Source: an uncultured Planctomycetaceae bacterium (lineage in GTDB: Bacteria; Planctomycetota; Planctomycetia; Isosphaerales; Isosphaeraceae). Taken from it: a stretch of DNA of 64,000 nucleotides. This document shows, one piece after another, positions 1 to 10,275 of the stretch. The stretch lies in NCBI GenBank assembly GCA_963833985.1, contig CAWIAD010000002.1, positions 1,280,001-1,344,000 on the forward strand, given 5' to 3'. The position numbers and the translations under genes are program-made. Under the pieces are notes generated by a model, which worked only from the letters and a program-made list of their open reading frames with translations, ran no database searches and had not been told where the DNA came from. How positions within the stretch are numbered: the first letter of the stretch is position 1; each line of letters begins with the position of its first letter.

Positions 1-225
1 AAAGCCTTCATCAAGGCCCCGAAAGCGACCCTATCGAGCCTGGCGCGCCAGCCTTATTTCGCGGTCAACGCCTTCCAGTACACGAACGCCTGCCGCCAGA
101 GCCAGTTCGGCGGTTCCGCCTTGTCCCCCAATGCGGGGACCAAGTTCCTGACCCCCGATCAAGCGAGCACCAGGACGCCTGACTTCCTCGCCGCCGAGAT
201 ATCCGAGCGTCTCTCAAACGCAAGC
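1..225 (+). pseudogene. Catalase-related peroxidase (SrpA-like) fragment
   Basis: Frame 1 reads KAFIKAPKATLSSLARQPYFAVNAFQYTNA...PNAGTKFLTPDQASTRTPDFLAAEISERL, resembling small catalase-like peroxidases; the resemblance ends at the repeats near 222. The 5' part lies outside the window. Confidence 0.55.
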
Positions 226-289
226 GCAAAATGGAAGCGCAAAATGGGGCCACCCACAATGGCAAAATGGCAAAATGGGGCCACCCACA
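222..289. repeat. Stuttered short direct repeats
   Basis: AAGCGCAAAATGG x2 (222-247), GCAAAATGGGGCCACCCACA x2 (239-258, 270-289), plus another CAAAATGG unit. Confidence 0.8.
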
Positions 290-951
290 GTCTGAGGTGT
301 CAGCAGATGGGCGACCCTTCCGCCATCTCCTTCTGCCATTCCTCCCGCTTTGCGTAGAGGCACCAGACTCGGAGATGGACGTGGCCGATAAGGCGCTGGA
401 TGCAACGAGTGAGCCGCCCGTGAGCCAGAATGTGAGTGGCCCCATCTGCCCGCCCTCTTGCTTGCGCCGCCGGGTGTCCGGATCGTCAGCAGGCGACCCG
501 ACAATCCCCTGGCAGGGCGTTGTCCCAGGCGCCTCCGTCCGGTGCAAGCGGTCTCGGACCACCCCCTCCGCGATTGGCTTCGTTCTCGCCATCATGCCAG
601 CGAAGCCATCGGACGTAACTCTCTTTTTGAATGAGCTTTACATACGCATTTCCCGGGTTTTCATTTGGGTTCGGTCCGCGTTTTTTTGCAAGCAGCCGTG
701 GCGATTCCCACGTCAGGTAGGGTGCGGTCGAGCGCAGCGAGGCCCACCAGACGGCCAGGTGATGGACGCCGGCGCGCCGCCAGGCTTTCCCCTGGCGGCG
801 CCCTGGTCCGTACAAACAACCGAAATGCCAAGGAGCCGGCGCTGCGCCACTCTATTGAGTTTACGATGCGGACGCCGCGGATCTTGCCAACCAGCACACA
901 GTTTGCTCTCCTTGTGCCGGCGCGGTCGGATCACTTCACCTCAGGTGCCCC

Positions 952-1134
952 ATGCGTCTGCTCTTCTCGTCGGTTCACTGTTACCTGGACCCCTCCGGCG
1001 GCGCGTCGTTGTGCACGCGGGAACTCCTGGAGTTGCTGGCGGCGCGGGGGATGGACTGCCGGGCGCTCACGATGGGGATCATGGACCCCGAGCGCGAAAC
1101 ATCGCTCGACGAGTTCAGGGCTGCGGCATTCTGA
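952..1134 (+). pseudogene. N-terminal remnant of a GT4-type glycosyltransferase
   Basis: MRLLFSSVHCYLDPSGGASLCTRELLELLAARGMDCRALT resembles a GT-B N-terminus; it stops after 60 aa. Confidence 0.55.
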
Positions 1135-1575
1135 CGGTGACAGCGGGGATGGACTACCAAGCTTTGCCGGGGCGGCGATGATGAGAAAAAGCGGACCATG
1201 CCACAGGATTCACTTGACCGATGCCGACGCCGGATTTACCTTCATCGCTTGTCCCGATGCTGCATCTCCTGATCTGGTCTCTGTGACTCGTCCGCTCGCG
1301 GTTCTCTATTCATTGATCACGATGATGGTAACGAGGGCAAAACGATCGGCGAGCTCCAGCTCTCGAGGGGGCGACGTGTGGCAGTTCGGTTCCAACGACC
1401 GCAAGCGCAACCCCACAACGAGCGCGGTCGAGAAGAGCTCGGGAGGCACGAATCGGGAGCGGGAGAACTCAACGTTGGGTGTGCCGGGCCATCCTTACGG
1501 CGTCGACGCCTGGAGCGCCGGGACCGCAGTCTGCCTGGCCTGGAATATGGCCTCCGACCAGGGTGACGGCAGCCC

Positions 1576-2835
1576 CAGGGCGATTGCGCCATAATGGGTA
1601 ATTTGGCATGATTGGGCGGACGCGATTTCGCCGCTTGTTGCGAATCAGCAAGGGTCGAGGAGATCGCGCGAGCCCGGAATTCATGACATGTCGAAATCCA
1701 AGTCTGTTCGGATCGCGGACCATTTCGCGGAACTGACCGATCCGCGGCGTCGTGCGGTGACCTACCCGTTGATCAATGTGGTAGTCATTGCCGTGTGTGC
1801 TGTGATCTGTGGCGCGGATGATTTCGTCGCCATCGCCAAGTTCGGCAAGACGAAGCATGAGTGGCTGGCGCGGTTTCTCGATCTGAAGACCGGCATACCG
1901 TCGCACGATCGTTTCAATGCGATCTTCGCCGCCCTCAAACCGGCGGAGTTCGAGAAGTGTTTGCTGAGCTGGATCACGGCTCTGCATGAAGTCACCGGCG
2001 GGCAGGTGATCGCCATCGACGGCAAGACGCTTCGCCGCAGCTTCGATACGGCCAGCAGCAAGACGGCCATTCACATGGTGAGTGCCTGGGCGACCGCCAA
2101 TCATATTAGCTTGGGGCAGGTCGTCGTCGACGCCAAGAGCAACGAGATCACGGCCATCCCGAAACTGCTGGAAATGCTCGAATTGGCCGGCGCGATGGTC
2201 ACCATCGACGCGATGGGTTGTCAAACCGAGATCGCGCGGCGAATCGTCGACGCAGGCGCGGATTACTGCCTGGCCGTGAAGGATAACCAACCCACTTTGC
2301 ATCAGGGGATCATCGACTACTTCGCGAGGCACGTGGAGGACGACTTCGCGGGCGTCCGGATGCGTCACCATACGACTGATGAAAAAGGGCACGGGCGAGT
2401 GGAGACTCGTCACTACATGATCTGCCCTGTTCCCGACGATTTGCCAGACCGTTTGCGTTGGCCCGGCCTGAAGGCGATTGGAGTTGCCATCAACATAACA
2501 CAGCGCGACGGCGAGACGGTCGGCGAAAACCGCTATTACATCCTGAGCAAATTCGTCGCGGCCAGCCGTTTCGCCGATGCCGTACGGTCGCACTGGGGTA
2601 TCGAAAACCAACTGCACTGGCAACTCGATGTCACCTTTCAGGAAGACCAATGCCGCATCCGCCAAGGTCACGCGGATGCGAACTTCAGCATCCTCCGCAG
2701 GGCCGCACTGAGCCTGTTGAAGAACGAGACCACACTGAAAGTCGGCATCAAGAACAAACGCCTCACCGCCGGCTGGGACGAAGCCTATCTCGAAAAAGTG
2801 CTGATCGGCTCATGACTTAAGGTGCAATCGCCCTG
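1576..2835 (+). mobile_element. ISAs1-family insertion sequence, complete
   Basis: Terminal IRs CAGGGCGATTGCGCCATAA and TTAAGGTGCAATCGCCCTG (17/19 match); 10-bp target duplication ACGGCAGCCC at 1566-1575 and 2836-2845. Confidence 0.95.
1688..2815 (+). CDS. ISAs1-family transposase
   Basis: 375 aa; motifs DPR, IPSHD, IAIDGKTLR, KSNEITAIP, TIDAMGCQ, VKDNQ, HGRVETR, HWGIENQLHWQLDV. Confidence 0.96.
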   Translation: MSKSKSVRIADHFAELTDPRRRAVTYPLINVVVIAVCAVICGADDFVAIAKFGKTKHEWLARFLDLKTGIPSHDRFNAIFAALKPAEFEKCLLSWITALHEVTGGQVIAIDGKTLRRSFDTASSKTAIHMVSAWATANHISLGQVVVDAKSNEITAIPKLLEMLELAGAMVTIDAMGCQTEIARRIVDAGADYCLAVKDNQPTLHQGIIDYFARHVEDDFAGVRMRHHTTDEKGHGRVETRHYMICPVPDDLPDRLRWPGLKAIGVAINITQRDGETVGENRYYILSKFVAASRFADAVRSHWGIENQLHWQLDVTFQEDQCRIRQGHADANFSILRRAALSLLKNETTLKVGIKNKRLTAGWDEAYLEKVLIGS

Positions 2836-2922
2836 ACGGCAGCCCCGAGCCATACATAATCAGAAAGCGTGATCACAGCGTCTATCCCAGATTGCTCAGT
2901 CGTCGCCGGAGAAAAGTCATGT

Positions 2923-2950
2923 CCCCTTCAGGCCTTCCCCTTCAGGCCTT
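2923..2950. repeat. 14-bp tandem duplication
   Basis: CCCCTTCAGGCCTT x2. Confidence 0.75.
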
Positions 2951-3278
2951 CCTCGGGCACGAGTATCCGGGGCCGCACAGTGAGGTTGGAGCTGGGCAAA
3001 GCCCTGTTCGGGCGTTCGGACAACCGGGTTCGGGCCACTCGTACCGGATCGAGGACCGAGCCGACACGACGAGAGTACCCATGATAAACTTCCGAGGCTG
3101 GCCGATATACGCCACCGAGCTCGCGTCGTCGGTTCAGCCATTCTGTGGCCGCATCCAATACGAGGCTGCCCCGGGACACGTGCGATTCATTACAGAATCC
3201 GTGCCAGCGCAACCGATACATCCCGCAAGTGCGGATAGGGACTGGAGTCACGATCATGCATGCCGGAGCGCTCGTTCG

Positions 3279-4977
3279 ATGCCTCGATCAGACTCCGGTC
3301 ATGCCTTGAGGTCGATCCGCCGCCAGTCCTGGCTGATCGTGCTCGCCTTCACAATCGGCTGTGCTCAGTCCAAGCCCGAGCTCCAGGCTCGCCTGGCTCG
3401 ACGAGTTGTGTCCGACGAAGTCGGCTCCGCTCGACCGGCCGAACGACTCGAAGTGAAGACCCCCAAGCCGGCGACGAGCGACACGAAGGTGCGGCTCGCC
3501 GCCGCCTCGCACCCTGGCCAGGCGACCAAGGCCCTCGTGGAGCAGGATCGATCCAGGGCGCTGCCACCGGCGCTCGAAGCCCCGTCACATCGTTCCGAGT
3601 CCGAGCAGCAACGTTCCCCCGGAGTGTCACTTCCGAGTGATTCCGACGAGGCCACCCTCGATGCGATCGCCGCCAGCGGCAAGCCATTGGCACTCCCTGA
3701 GGCGATCGATCTGGCGTTCCACACTCAGCCGCGATTGCGCGCTCAGCTCGAGAGCATCTCCCAGGCCCAGGGGCAGCAGCAGATCGCGTTCTCGACGTTC
3801 CTGCCCATCGTCGCCGGCCGTTTCGATGCGGGGGGATTCGGGCTCGGGGTGGGGGGCCAACCCATCCAGCTGCCGAAAGGTCTCCCCGGATTCAATTTCC
3901 TGCCCGGCGTCGGGGCCGTCCCCTTCGGCCTCAACCTGGGGACGACCTTCGAGCTGGCCGAGCTCAAGGTCCAATGGCTGCTCCTCGACTTCGGCCGTCG
4001 GCTCGGCCTCCACGAGCAGGCACGATTGGCAGGTGACATCGCTCGTCTCCAGACGGAGCGAGCCCACCAGACGGTGGCCAACGAGGTCGCGGTCGCCTAC
4101 TACAACGTCCTCCGCAGCCAGGCGCTGCGGCGGACGGCCCAGGATGCCCTCCGTCGCGCCGAGGAGGAGCTGGCCGATGCGCAAACGCCAACGCGAGGGC
4201 GTCATCGAGCGCGAGCTCGTACTGCGGTCCGAGGTGCAAACCGCCGAGTTCCGCCAGGCGCTCCACGCCGCCACGGAGGCGGAGTTCGTGGCCCTGGGCG
4301 GGTTGAACTTGGCGATCGGGCTCAAGTGCAATGAGCCGCTCCGTTTGGTTGAGCCGACCGAGATCCCGCCGTTGGCTTCCTCGCTCGCCGATTGCCTGCA
4401 GACAGCCGTCCGGGAGCGCCGTGAGTTCTACGTCGTCCAGCGCACCGTCGAGGTCGCCGTGCAGGGGGGCCGCGTCGCCCGGGCCCAGTTCGCGCCCAAG
4501 GTCGTCGCGGATGGGACCCTGCTGAACTTCCAGCAGCAAGAGCTGAAGGGCCACGCCGACTTGCGGCTGGGGTTCATCCGGCTCGAGTGGACGCTCTTCG
4601 AGGGAGGGCGGAAGATCGCCGCGGCACGCGTGGCGGACTCGCAAGTGCGCCAGGCCATGGCTCACGCCGAGTCGATCGCGGATAATATCGCGTTCCAGGT
4701 CAACGAGGCTTACCGGAACGCCGTCACCGCCCGGGTCGGCATCGACGATGCCCGCCCGGCGGTCGACCAGGCGAGCGAGAACTACCGGCTCGTGCAACTG
4801 CGGCTACGCGAGGGCGCGGCCACGTCGACCGAGATCGCCGACGCGCAAGCGTCGCTGACCCGTGCCCATCAGAATTATCTGAACGCCCGTTATGGCTACT
4901 TGATCGCGATGGACCGCCTGGCTTATGCCATGGGAGTTGGCCAGACACCGATGCCAAGTGCACCCGGGCATCACTAG
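3279..4977 (+). CDS. TolC-family outer membrane efflux lipoprotein (frameshift ~4180)
   Basis: Lipobox-like LAFTIGC; two OEP-type repeats (LPEAIDLA..QWLLLDFG; WTLFEGG..VNEAY..YRLVQLRLREG) split over ORFs 2892-4334 and 3637-4977. Confidence 0.85.
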
Positions 4978-4997
4978 CCCCGACGAGGTCGAACCAC

Positions 4998-6473
4998 ATG
5001 GAGCACCCCATGAGCGCCATTCAGTCGCCCCAGGCTCCTGCGAACAGCCCGGCCCAGCCTGCGGCCGCGACACCGTCGGCTCCGCCAGCCGATCGCCGAA
5101 GGCGCTTCCGTCCGGGCCACCTTATCGCGCTGATCGCGCTGATCGCGCTCACCACCGTCGGCCTGCCGCTCGTGATGAGGTGGGTCGAATACCGCCAGAG
5201 CCATTCGATCACCGACGACGCCTTCGTCGAGACCCACATCGTCAACATAGCCCCGCAACTGGTCTCCGGCCGGATCATCCGGTTCCTGGCCGACGAGAAC
5301 GACCGCGTCGTCCAGGGTCAGGTCGTGGCGGAGATTGACCCGATTCCGTACCGCGACAAGGTCAACGTGGCTCGGGCCCAGCTCGACTCCGCGCTCGCCG
5401 AACTGAACCGCCAACGTGCCGACCTGGAACGTGTCCGGAAGGAGGTCCCAATCCAGATCGAGATCGCCCGACGGACAGCCGCCGCCTCCCTGGCCGACCG
5501 GGTGAGGGCCGAGAAGTCACTGAGGCTAACCGAGGATGATGTCGAGAGAGGGATCGACGAAGCCCGTGCGGGAGTGAAGGCGGCCCGGGCCTCCCTCACG
5601 CTGGCTGAACTGGAGTATGCACGCTTCACCCGGCTCGAGCAGCAGGGGGCCAGCCCGATGCGTCAGCAGCAGCAAGTCACGCAGTCCCGCGATTCGGCCT
5701 CCGCGCAGGTCGACTTATCCGAGGCCCGGCTGGCCAAGGCCCTGGCCTCTCGGACCCAGATCGACGTCGCTCGCAGCGCGCTGGACGCCGCGCAGAAGTC
5801 GGAGCAGAAAGCGGCCAAGGGGATCAACCTCGCGGAGCTCGGCTACGACCAGATCCGCGAGATCGAGCTGCTGGTCAGGGTCAAGGAACAGACCGTCCAG
5901 CAGGCCCGGCGGGCGGCGGAGGCCGCCGAGAACGACCTGGCGTATACCAAGGTCCGGGCCCCGTTCCCCGGCGTGCTGGTCAAGCGGTACCGCAACCTGG
6001 GCGACTTCGCCTCAGCAGGTGCCGCCCTGCTAAGTCTTTATGACCCGGACCTGCTCTACGTCGAGGCCAATCTGGAAGAGGATCGCCTGCCTGGCATCGA
6101 GCCGGGCAACCTGGTCCGGATCGACCTCTACGCCTTCGCCGAGCCCTTTCGGGGGCGGGTCGTCTGGGTCAACAAGGCCACGGGAGCCCAGTTTGCGCTG
6201 ATGCCGCGCAACGTCGTCTCGGGCGAGTTCACCCGCGTGGTGCAGCGGGTGCCGGTGCGAATCCAGATCGAGCGCGACGACCGCTGGCCGCGGCTTCGCG
6301 CCGGGCTGATGGCGACAGTGGCCATCGCACATGGCCCCGGCGATGCCGCCTGGGCCGCCGAGGCGGCGCGGGCTATGGGTGAGCTCGAGACGCGCTATAA
6401 CGCGTCCGCCACACCCGAGGAGACCGTACTTGATGGGAGCTCCGCCGACACGTCCGGGGCGGTGACGCGATGA
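4998..6473 (+). CDS. HlyD/EmrA-family membrane fusion protein
   Basis: N-terminal TM helix, TDDAFV, long coiled coil, ATGAQFALMP..GEFTRVVQRVPVRI. Alternative start at 5010. Confidence 0.92.
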   Translation: MEHPMSAIQSPQAPANSPAQPAAATPSAPPADRRRRFRPGHLIALIALIALTTVGLPLVMRWVEYRQSHSITDDAFVETHIVNIAPQLVSGRIIRFLADENDRVVQGQVVAEIDPIPYRDKVNVARAQLDSALAELNRQRADLERVRKEVPIQIEIARRTAAASLADRVRAEKSLRLTEDDVERGIDEARAGVKAARASLTLAELEYARFTRLEQQGASPMRQQQQVTQSRDSASAQVDLSEARLAKALASRTQIDVARSALDAAQKSEQKAAKGINLAELGYDQIREIELLVRVKEQTVQQARRAAEAAENDLAYTKVRAPFPGVLVKRYRNLGDFASAGAALLSLYDPDLLYVEANLEEDRLPGIEPGNLVRIDLYAFAEPFRGRVVWVNKATGAQFALMPRNVVSGEFTRVVQRVPVRIQIERDDRWPRLRAGLMATVAIAHGPGDAAWAAEAARAMGELETRYNASATPEETVLDGSSADTSGAVTR

Positions 6474-8086
6474 CTACGCTCGCCGCCCCACTCCCGAGCA
6501 CGACGGCGACCACGCCATCCGACTCACCGATGAGGATCGGGCGCCAGCACTGGCTGGCCGCCCTGGCGATCCTCTTCGTCCTCTTCGCGCCCTACCAGAC
6601 CCTGGTCCAGACGGTCATCACCGACGATGCCGTCCGCAAGGGCATCGAGGCCGACGAGTACGACATGACCTGGGTCACCGTCGCCTATGGCGTCGGCGTG
6701 CTCTACGGCGTCTTCGCTGGGCTGTCGCTCTCTGCCCGCATCGGTAAGCGTTACACGCTGGTCCTGGCGATGCTCGTGTTCTCCGCCGGTAACATTCTCT
6801 GCGGCGCGGCGACCGGGCTTGTCGCCCTGGCGATCGCGCGATTTGTCGAGGGGTTCGGCAAGATGTTGGCGATGGCGGTTGGCCGCGTCACGCTCTACAA
6901 GCAGTTCGACCGCGCGCTGCTGGTGGCAATCGGGTTCTATGGAGTCTTCGCCTACTCGACGCGGCATATCACGCCGCTCGTCAACGCCTACCTCGACGTG
7001 TATCTCTCCTGGCGGTGGATGTACTGGGCTTACGTGCCGGTCGGCCTCGCCGCGGCGCTGCTGGTCTGGCGTTACATCCGCCCGGACCGGCCACCGCGGC
7101 CGATGGTCGTGCCGATCGACTGGCTGGCGATCACGACCTTCGTGGCCTGGGTCGTGGCGGTCGTGTTCGTCTTCTCCTGGTACCGCAAGTGGGGCGGCTG
7201 GTCCTCCAACGCCTTCACCGCGACCGTCGCCCTCTGCATCACTCTGCCGGTGGTGCTGGTCGCCTGGCTGGGCTCGGGTCTCAGCCCCGACGAGCATCTG
7301 AAGCGGATCCTCCGCACGCGAGTCTACGTCCTCTCGCTGACGACGCGTGGCCTGATGCTGCTGCACATGGTGGCCGTGCTCACGATCGTGGGAATGTACT
7401 GCACGGAGCTGCGAGGCTACCCGCGGATTACGGCGGGCTGGCTGATGATGCCGACCTCTCTGGCGATGGCGGCGGCGACGTTTCTTACAACGCGGTTCCA
7501 CCGCCGCTCGCTACGGCACGTCTGGCTAGTCGTCGGGTTCGTGGGGACAGCGGCCTGCGTGTGGTGGCTGTCGTCGATCGACAACTTCACACCCAAGGAA
7601 CACATACCGGTCATGCTGGCTTGCTGGGGGGCGTTTCTCGGCCTGCTCCCGCCGGTGTTCTTGACCGACGAGATCGAGGGGCTGGACCCGAAGGATATGC
7701 TCTATGCCGGCGCCATCGGCATCGTTTGCCTGGTCGTGCCGATCATCACGGTGCCGACTGCGACCGGGACCGTCGTGAAGGAATGGTCTGACAGGGCGCT
7801 CGACGTCTATCGCCATAATCTCCGCGACAACCGTCCGGCGGTCGAGCAGGCCTCGGCCCGGGTCGCCGACTACTTCCACCAGCGAGGGCTGAGCGGGACT
7901 GTTCTTCAGCAGGAAACGAGCCGGGTCCTCGGCGGCTTCGTGACGCTCGAGAGCGTCGCGCACGGGTTCCGCAGCGGCCTGCGGTTCCTCAGCCTGATGA
8001 TGCTCGGCATCGGCCTGGTGGTCGCCGTCTCGCTCGCCTGGTCCGCGCGAGGATTGCGGGCGCCGCCCGGGTCGGGCTACACGTGA
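6470..8086 (+). CDS. MFS efflux transporter (EmrB/DHA2-like)
   Basis: 538 aa, many TM helices, SWRWMYW motif; coupled to the hlyD-type gene by an ATGA overlap. Confidence 0.88.
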   Translation: MTTLAAPLPSTTATTPSDSPMRIGRQHWLAALAILFVLFAPYQTLVQTVITDDAVRKGIEADEYDMTWVTVAYGVGVLYGVFAGLSLSARIGKRYTLVLAMLVFSAGNILCGAATGLVALAIARFVEGFGKMLAMAVGRVTLYKQFDRALLVAIGFYGVFAYSTRHITPLVNAYLDVYLSWRWMYWAYVPVGLAAALLVWRYIRPDRPPRPMVVPIDWLAITTFVAWVVAVVFVFSWYRKWGGWSSNAFTATVALCITLPVVLVAWLGSGLSPDEHLKRILRTRVYVLSLTTRGLMLLHMVAVLTIVGMYCTELRGYPRITAGWLMMPTSLAMAAATFLTTRFHRRSLRHVWLVVGFVGTAACVWWLSSIDNFTPKEHIPVMLACWGAFLGLLPPVFLTDEIEGLDPKDMLYAGAIGIVCLVVPIITVPTATGTVVKEWSDRALDVYRHNLRDNRPAVEQASARVADYFHQRGLSGTVLQQETSRVLGGFVTLESVAHGFRSGLRFLSLMMLGIGLVVAVSLAWSARGLRAPPGSGYT

Positions 8087-8110
8087 CTTTCGAAAAGAGA
8101 GGACAACATC

Positions 8111-9154
8111 GTGTCACATGCATCATTGGCGGCAGTTGCAGCAACGTTGATCGTGGCGATGTCGGCCTGGGCCCAGGACCCGTCTAGGATCGAAGCCTCA
8201 CGTGAGGCACCAGGTCGGTCGCCGGCGAAGGCGGATGCGGACGTCGCTGGCCTATTCCGGTTCGAGCCGACGGGGCTCTCGATCCTCCGACCCTACCGGC
8301 GGGGCAAGATTCCCGTTGTCCTGATCCACGGACTGTGGTCGAACCCGTGGTCGTGGGCCCGGATGATTCGTGAACTGGAGGCCGATGCGGCCCTCCGCGA
8401 CCGCTATCATTTCTGGACCTTCGGCTATTCGACGGGGGATCCGCTCCCCTATTCGGCCGCGCTGCTGCGCCGCGACTTGGACGACGCGCGGCGGAAGTTC
8501 GACCCCGATCACGCGGACGCGGCCCTCGACCGGATGGTTGTCGTCGGTCACAGCATGGGCGGCCTGCTGGCCAAGATGATGGTGCAGGAAAGCGGTACAA
8601 GGCTCTGGCAGCTCTTCAACAAACGCCCTGCTGGGGACCTTGTGGGCGAGCCGGCCGATTGCGAACTGTTTCGCTCCGCACTGATCTACAAGCCGCGTCC
8701 GGAGGTCCGCCGCGTGGTCTTCATCGCCACGCCGCACCGCGGGAGTCGCGTCGACCGGGGCGGCCTGGAGCGCCTCGGCTCGCGGCTCGTCCGCCTGCCC
8801 GACCCGCTCCGGGCCACGCACGACCGGCTCCTGGCCCGCAACGGCCCGGACTTCTTCACCGAGCGCTTCCGCAAGGGTCTGCCCACCAGCATCGACGAGC
8901 TGGAGTGGCAGTCGCCGATCCTCATGCGCCTGGATGAGCTTGGACTCGCACCTACGGTCAAGGCCCATTCCATCATCGCGGACCGGCGCCACCCACCCGG
9001 TGCAGGAGGGAGCGACGGCCTGGTACCGTATGAGAGTGCCCATCTCCGAGGGGTCGCGTCCGAGTCGCTCGTCGCATCCGGCCACCTGTGCCAGGATCAC
9101 CCCGCCGTCATCCGCGAGGTCGGGCGAATCCTCGCGGAGCACGCGACTCCGTGA
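8111..9154 (+). CDS. Secreted alpha/beta-hydrolase (esterase/lipase-like)
   Basis: Signal peptide, LIHGLWS, GHSMGG nucleophile elbow, ATPHRGS, SDGLVP, C-terminal His. Confidence 0.88.
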   Translation: MSHASLAAVAATLIVAMSAWAQDPSRIEASREAPGRSPAKADADVAGLFRFEPTGLSILRPYRRGKIPVVLIHGLWSNPWSWARMIRELEADAALRDRYHFWTFGYSTGDPLPYSAALLRRDLDDARRKFDPDHADAALDRMVVVGHSMGGLLAKMMVQESGTRLWQLFNKRPAGDLVGEPADCELFRSALIYKPRPEVRRVVFIATPHRGSRVDRGGLERLGSRLVRLPDPLRATHDRLLARNGPDFFTERFRKGLPTSIDELEWQSPILMRLDELGLAPTVKAHSIIADRRHPPGAGGSDGLVPYESAHLRGVASESLVASGHLCQDHPAVIREVGRILAEHATP

Positions 9155-9255
9155 GGCAAATCGGATTCGTGACGCCGAGGTTGAATACCTGACGTCCAGG
9201 CCCTTTTGCTCGCCACCCGTTCTTTACATACTGGGTTCCTTTGGGGAGTCGAATC

Positions 9256-9893
9256 ATGTCCGAAGTGATCGCGGGGATCCGAATCCCCGACAGCAAGCTG
9301 GCCCGGGAAGCGATCGACCTGGTGCGCGAGCACGGCACCCCGTTGCTGCTTGCTCACTCCCTGAGGGTCTACCTGTTCGGGGCATCCGGGGCCGCAACCG
9401 CGGCTGGGCGGTCGATCATGAGTTGTTGTATTTCGGGGCCGTGTTCCACGATTTGGGCCTGACCTCGAGGTACCGTAGCCCGGACCACCGGTTCGAGGTC
9501 GACGGGGCGAACGCCGCCCGGGACTTCCTGCGGGCCAACGGCATCGACGAACCGACGGCCGGGGTGGTGTGGGACGCGATCGCTTTGCACACGACGCCGG
9601 AGGTCCCGTGGCACAAGCGGCCGGAGATCGCGCTCGTCACTGGCGGGGTCGAAGCGGATGTCCTCGGTGATGGGCTCGACGAGATCCCGGTCGCCGACCG
9701 GGACGCCGTCCTCGCCGCATACCCGCGGCTTGACTTCAAGCGGGGGATCGTGCGGGCGTTCGCCGACGGCTTCGCCCACAAGCCCTCCACCACATTCGGG
9801 ACGATGAACACCGACGTTCTGGAAAGGACGCTGCCCGGCTACCGCCGGCCGAACTTCTGCGATCTGATCGCTGCCAACCCGCTGGGAGGGTGA
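9256..9893 (+). CDS. HD-domain protein, cyanamide-hydratase-like (frameshift ~9383)
   Basis: IPDSKLAREA..HSLRVYLFG continues in another frame as ELLYFGAVFHDLGL..RFEVDGANAA..AIALHTTP. Confidence 0.85.
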
Positions 9894-10275
9894 TCAATGT
9901 CACTGGTCGATGGCCAGCTGAGAGTCTACGAAGTCGAGCACTTGATGCTGGCGTCCTCCCACCAGGGCGCGTCGGTCTGATCGAGCGAATTACCCTTGGT
10001 ACAGTCGGACCAACGCGCACAAGGTGAACACCGAATCGGAGCCTGCGAGGCCCGAGCGGTGATCGCTGCGTCAAGGAACGGGGCCTGCCCAGCCCGGATG
10101 ATTCCGTTCGCCGTACATAGGCGCGGTCCCTCAGCGGCTGCGAATTCCGCCCGGCGACAGCTCGTTCCGGCCGGAAGCAAGCGGACCGACGGCAGAGCGA
10201 ACGTATCCCCTTCGAACCTTCTGGTGGAGTTAGCCGTTCACGGCCTCGACGTGGGGAGATGGCCGGTCAGGTCTC

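Noticed and set aside
231..1594. Long ORFs 231-1181 and 665-1594
   Set aside because: Arg/Pro/Ser-rich with no motifs; typical spurious frames in high-GC DNA.
5124..5149. ATCGCGCTG x3 tandem repeat
   Set aside because: Encodes IALIALIAL within a TM helix; in-frame coding repeat.
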